Positions 53,818 to 55,316 of a stretch of DNA of 55,316 bases are shown here, in pieces. The notes under the pieces are model-generated. The model ran no database searches. It worked only from the letters and a program-made list of their open reading frames with translations, and was not told the origin of the DNA. How positions within the stretch are numbered: position 1 is the first letter of the stretch; each line of letters opens with the position of its first letter. Source of the stretch: a virus. Its lineage: Duplodnaviria; Caudoviricetes. The translations under genes were made by a program, and so were the position numbers. Location of the stretch: positions 1-55,316 of IMG/VR virus record IMGVR_UViG_3300037575_000020, one strand, 5' to 3'.

Positions 53818-55023
53818 TTATCTAGCCTTTAATTCATCAAGATAGTCAGCATACGCTTGCATCATATCGCGTCTCTCTTCCAAAAATACCGTTCTATTAT
53901 AGGCGCGCCCATGCATATCGCGCACTCTATGGCCTAGTTGCATTTCTACCAGATTTTCAGGGTATTTTAGCTTTTCAACAATTAAAGTCCTGGCAGTCGC
54001 TCGAAAACCGTGTATAGTTTGCTTAGTCCCATCATAACCCAGGCGCTTTAGTGCCTGATTCATGGTGTTTTCACTCATTGGCTGAACGGTGGTGTGTATA
54101 GCAGGGAATAAATATTTACTACGTGCGTGATCTGATAACTCACGTATTAGCGCTATCGCCTGTCTTGGCAGTGGCACAATCAACTCTAAACCAGTCCTAC
54201 GCTGCGTTTTACGAGGCGTAAAGGACCAAGTACCCTCGTCTAAACAAAAGTCATTCCAGAGGGCATAACGTAGCTCGCCAGCCCTCACAAACAGCATAGG
54301 CATAAGCTTGATAGCCGTCCTTACTTCAAACGATCCTTGATAGTCATCAATCGCATTTAGTAATATACCGAGCTCTTTTGGGTCAAGCGTGGTTGGGTGG
54401 TGCTCGGTCACTGGTGTTTGCAATGCGCCTATTAAATCTTGCGTAATGTCACGCTCGCACCTTGCTGTTTGCACCGCATACCTAAATACCTGTCCAGCCA
54501 TTGTTCGCATTTTTATTGCCGTCTCCAGATACCCTTGCGCTTCAGCACTGCGGCACGCTTCTAGTATATCCATCGGCTTAATATCAGTCATAGGCGTATC
54601 ACCGATAAATTTATTCAATCGCTTGATTTGCCTGTAGTTATTGGCTTGCGTGGATTTTGCTATATGTGTTTTACGGCTCATGTACTCTTCGGCTATCGCT
54701 GCAAATGTGTTATTGGCTTGTAGTAATTGCTCGCGCTCATCCTCTAGTTTTTGTTGTTGTGGGTCAATACCTTCTGCCAATAGCGCACGAATACCTTTGC
54801 GCTGATCGCGTGCCTGAGCGAGCGTAATATCAGGATAAAGCCCCAACGTAATAGTCGCGTGCTTCTTAGTTATTGGTCTAACATAGTTCATTCGCCAGGA
54901 TTTAGCGCCTAGCTTTGTCACATATAAATACATGCCGCCACCGTCAGCAAGTTTATATGCCTTGTCTGCAGGCTTGGCTTGCTTAACCTGGCTATCGGTT
55001 AATGGTTTAATTATTTTAGCCAT
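53818..55023 (-). CDS. int: Tyrosine integrase, P4-like
   Basis: N-terminal arm-binding domain (DGGGMYL.V...G.KSW, LG.YP..TLA.AR); catalytic R (VRAGEL), HGFR, LGH and AYNR. Confidence 0.96.
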   Translation of the reverse strand: MAKIIKPLTDSQVKQAKPADKAYKLADGGGMYLYVTKLGAKSWRMNYVRPITKKHATITLGLYPDITLAQARDQRKGIRALLAEGIDPQQQKLEDEREQLLQANNTFAAIAEEYMSRKTHIAKSTQANNYRQIKRLNKFIGDTPMTDIKPMDILEACRSAEAQGYLETAIKMRTMAGQVFRYAVQTARCERDITQDLIGALQTPVTEHHPTTLDPKELGILLNAIDDYQGSFEVRTAIKLMPMLFVRAGELRYALWNDFCLDEGTWSFTPRKTQRRTGLELIVPLPRQAIALIRELSDHARSKYLFPAIHTTVQPMSENTMNQALKRLGYDGTKQTIHGFRATARTLIVEKLKYPENLVEMQLGHRVRDMHGRAYNRTVFLEERRDMMQAYADYLDELKAR

Positions 55024-55028
55024 TTTAA

Positions 55029-55080
55029 AGGTATCCTATTTTGAGGTATTAGTGGATACCTCGTAGAATACCTTTATTTT
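55029..55080. promoter_or_regulatory. Putative integrase arm-type sites over the int upstream region
   Basis: ATACCT at 55056 and 55068, inverted AGGTAT at 55029 and 55044. Confidence 0.6.
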
Positions 55081-55140
55081 TAGGGTATGAAAAGGTATTT
55101 TAAGGTAGGGTATGGTAGAACATGGTAGAGTTCGGGCATT

Positions 55141-55172
55141 AAAAAACCCCACAGCACGTGGCTTGTGGGGTT
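55141..55172 (-). terminator. Phage-supplied terminator downstream of the tRNA
   Basis: AACCCCACA/TGTGGGGTT stem with a T-run on the minus strand. Confidence 0.75.
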
Positions 55173-55198
55173 ATTTGGGAGATTAAAGTATAGTTTAG

Positions 55199-55221
55199 TG
55201 GTGCGCCCACCAAGACTCGAA
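55199..55221. repeat. att core, right junction, inside the tRNA 3' end
   Basis: Exact 23-bp match to 129-151. Confidence 0.95.
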
Positions 55222-55274
55222 CTCGGATCGATCGCTTAGGAGGCAACTGCTCTATCCTGTTGAGCTATAGGCGC
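55199..55274 (-). tRNA. tRNA-Arg(CCT), integration target
   Basis: 76-nt cloverleaf GCGCCTA...CT-CCT-AA...GTTCGAGTC...TGGGCGC-A-CCA on the minus strand. Confidence 0.97.
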
Positions 55275-55316
55275 ATTATGGAGTGACATTGTAGGAAAAA
55301 GCCGCCATAAAAGCAA

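Larger units (their letters stand above)
129..55221. mobile_element. Complete temperate prophage (lambdoid early region, Bcep22-like podovirus late region) integrated in tRNA-Arg(CCT)
   Basis: Flanked by identical 23-bp repeats matching the tRNA 3' end. Integrase, repressor, replication, packaging, capsid, tail and lysis genes are all present, with no obvious frameshifts. Confidence 0.96.

Overview
The window is an apparently complete temperate prophage of about 55 kb. It is bounded by a 23-bp direct repeat (129-151 and 55199-55221) that is the 3' end of an intact tRNA-Arg(CCT) gene on the minus strand. The host is probably a gammaproteobacterium, possibly Moraxellaceae/Psychrobacter; this is an impression only. 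From left to right: excisionase and an early-left operon (ExoX-like exonuclease, MazG-like protein, SSB, Sak4-type ATPase); a lambdoid cI/cro/cII switch with visible operators; an iteron-containing replication initiator, DnaC-like loader, VRR-NUC nuclease and Q-like antiterminator. A podovirus late region resembling Bcep22-type phages follows: terminases, portal, scaffold, CsrA-like protein, N4-gp56-type capsid, adaptors, sialidase-domain tailspike, an opposite-strand O-acetyltransferase moron, lysis genes with a nested o-spanin, ejection proteins and a 4770-aa DarB-like polyvalent protein. A tyrosine integrase sits at the right end. The most notable unexplained signals are: (1) a promoter-to-terminator non-coding transcript of about 355 nt containing tRNA-like cloverleaves, one ending in CCA with an expanded anticodon loop; (2) a protein-like ORF overprinted in the +1 frame inside darB; (3) a recurrent (CT)ACTACGGAG motif at ribosome-binding sites, alongside a phage CsrA-like gene; (4) a candidate two-domain nucleotide-sponge anti-defence protein; (5) several small-RNA candidates; (6) signs of a second related element in tandem at the same tRNA. 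All protein family calls come from motif recognition by eye, not from database searches.
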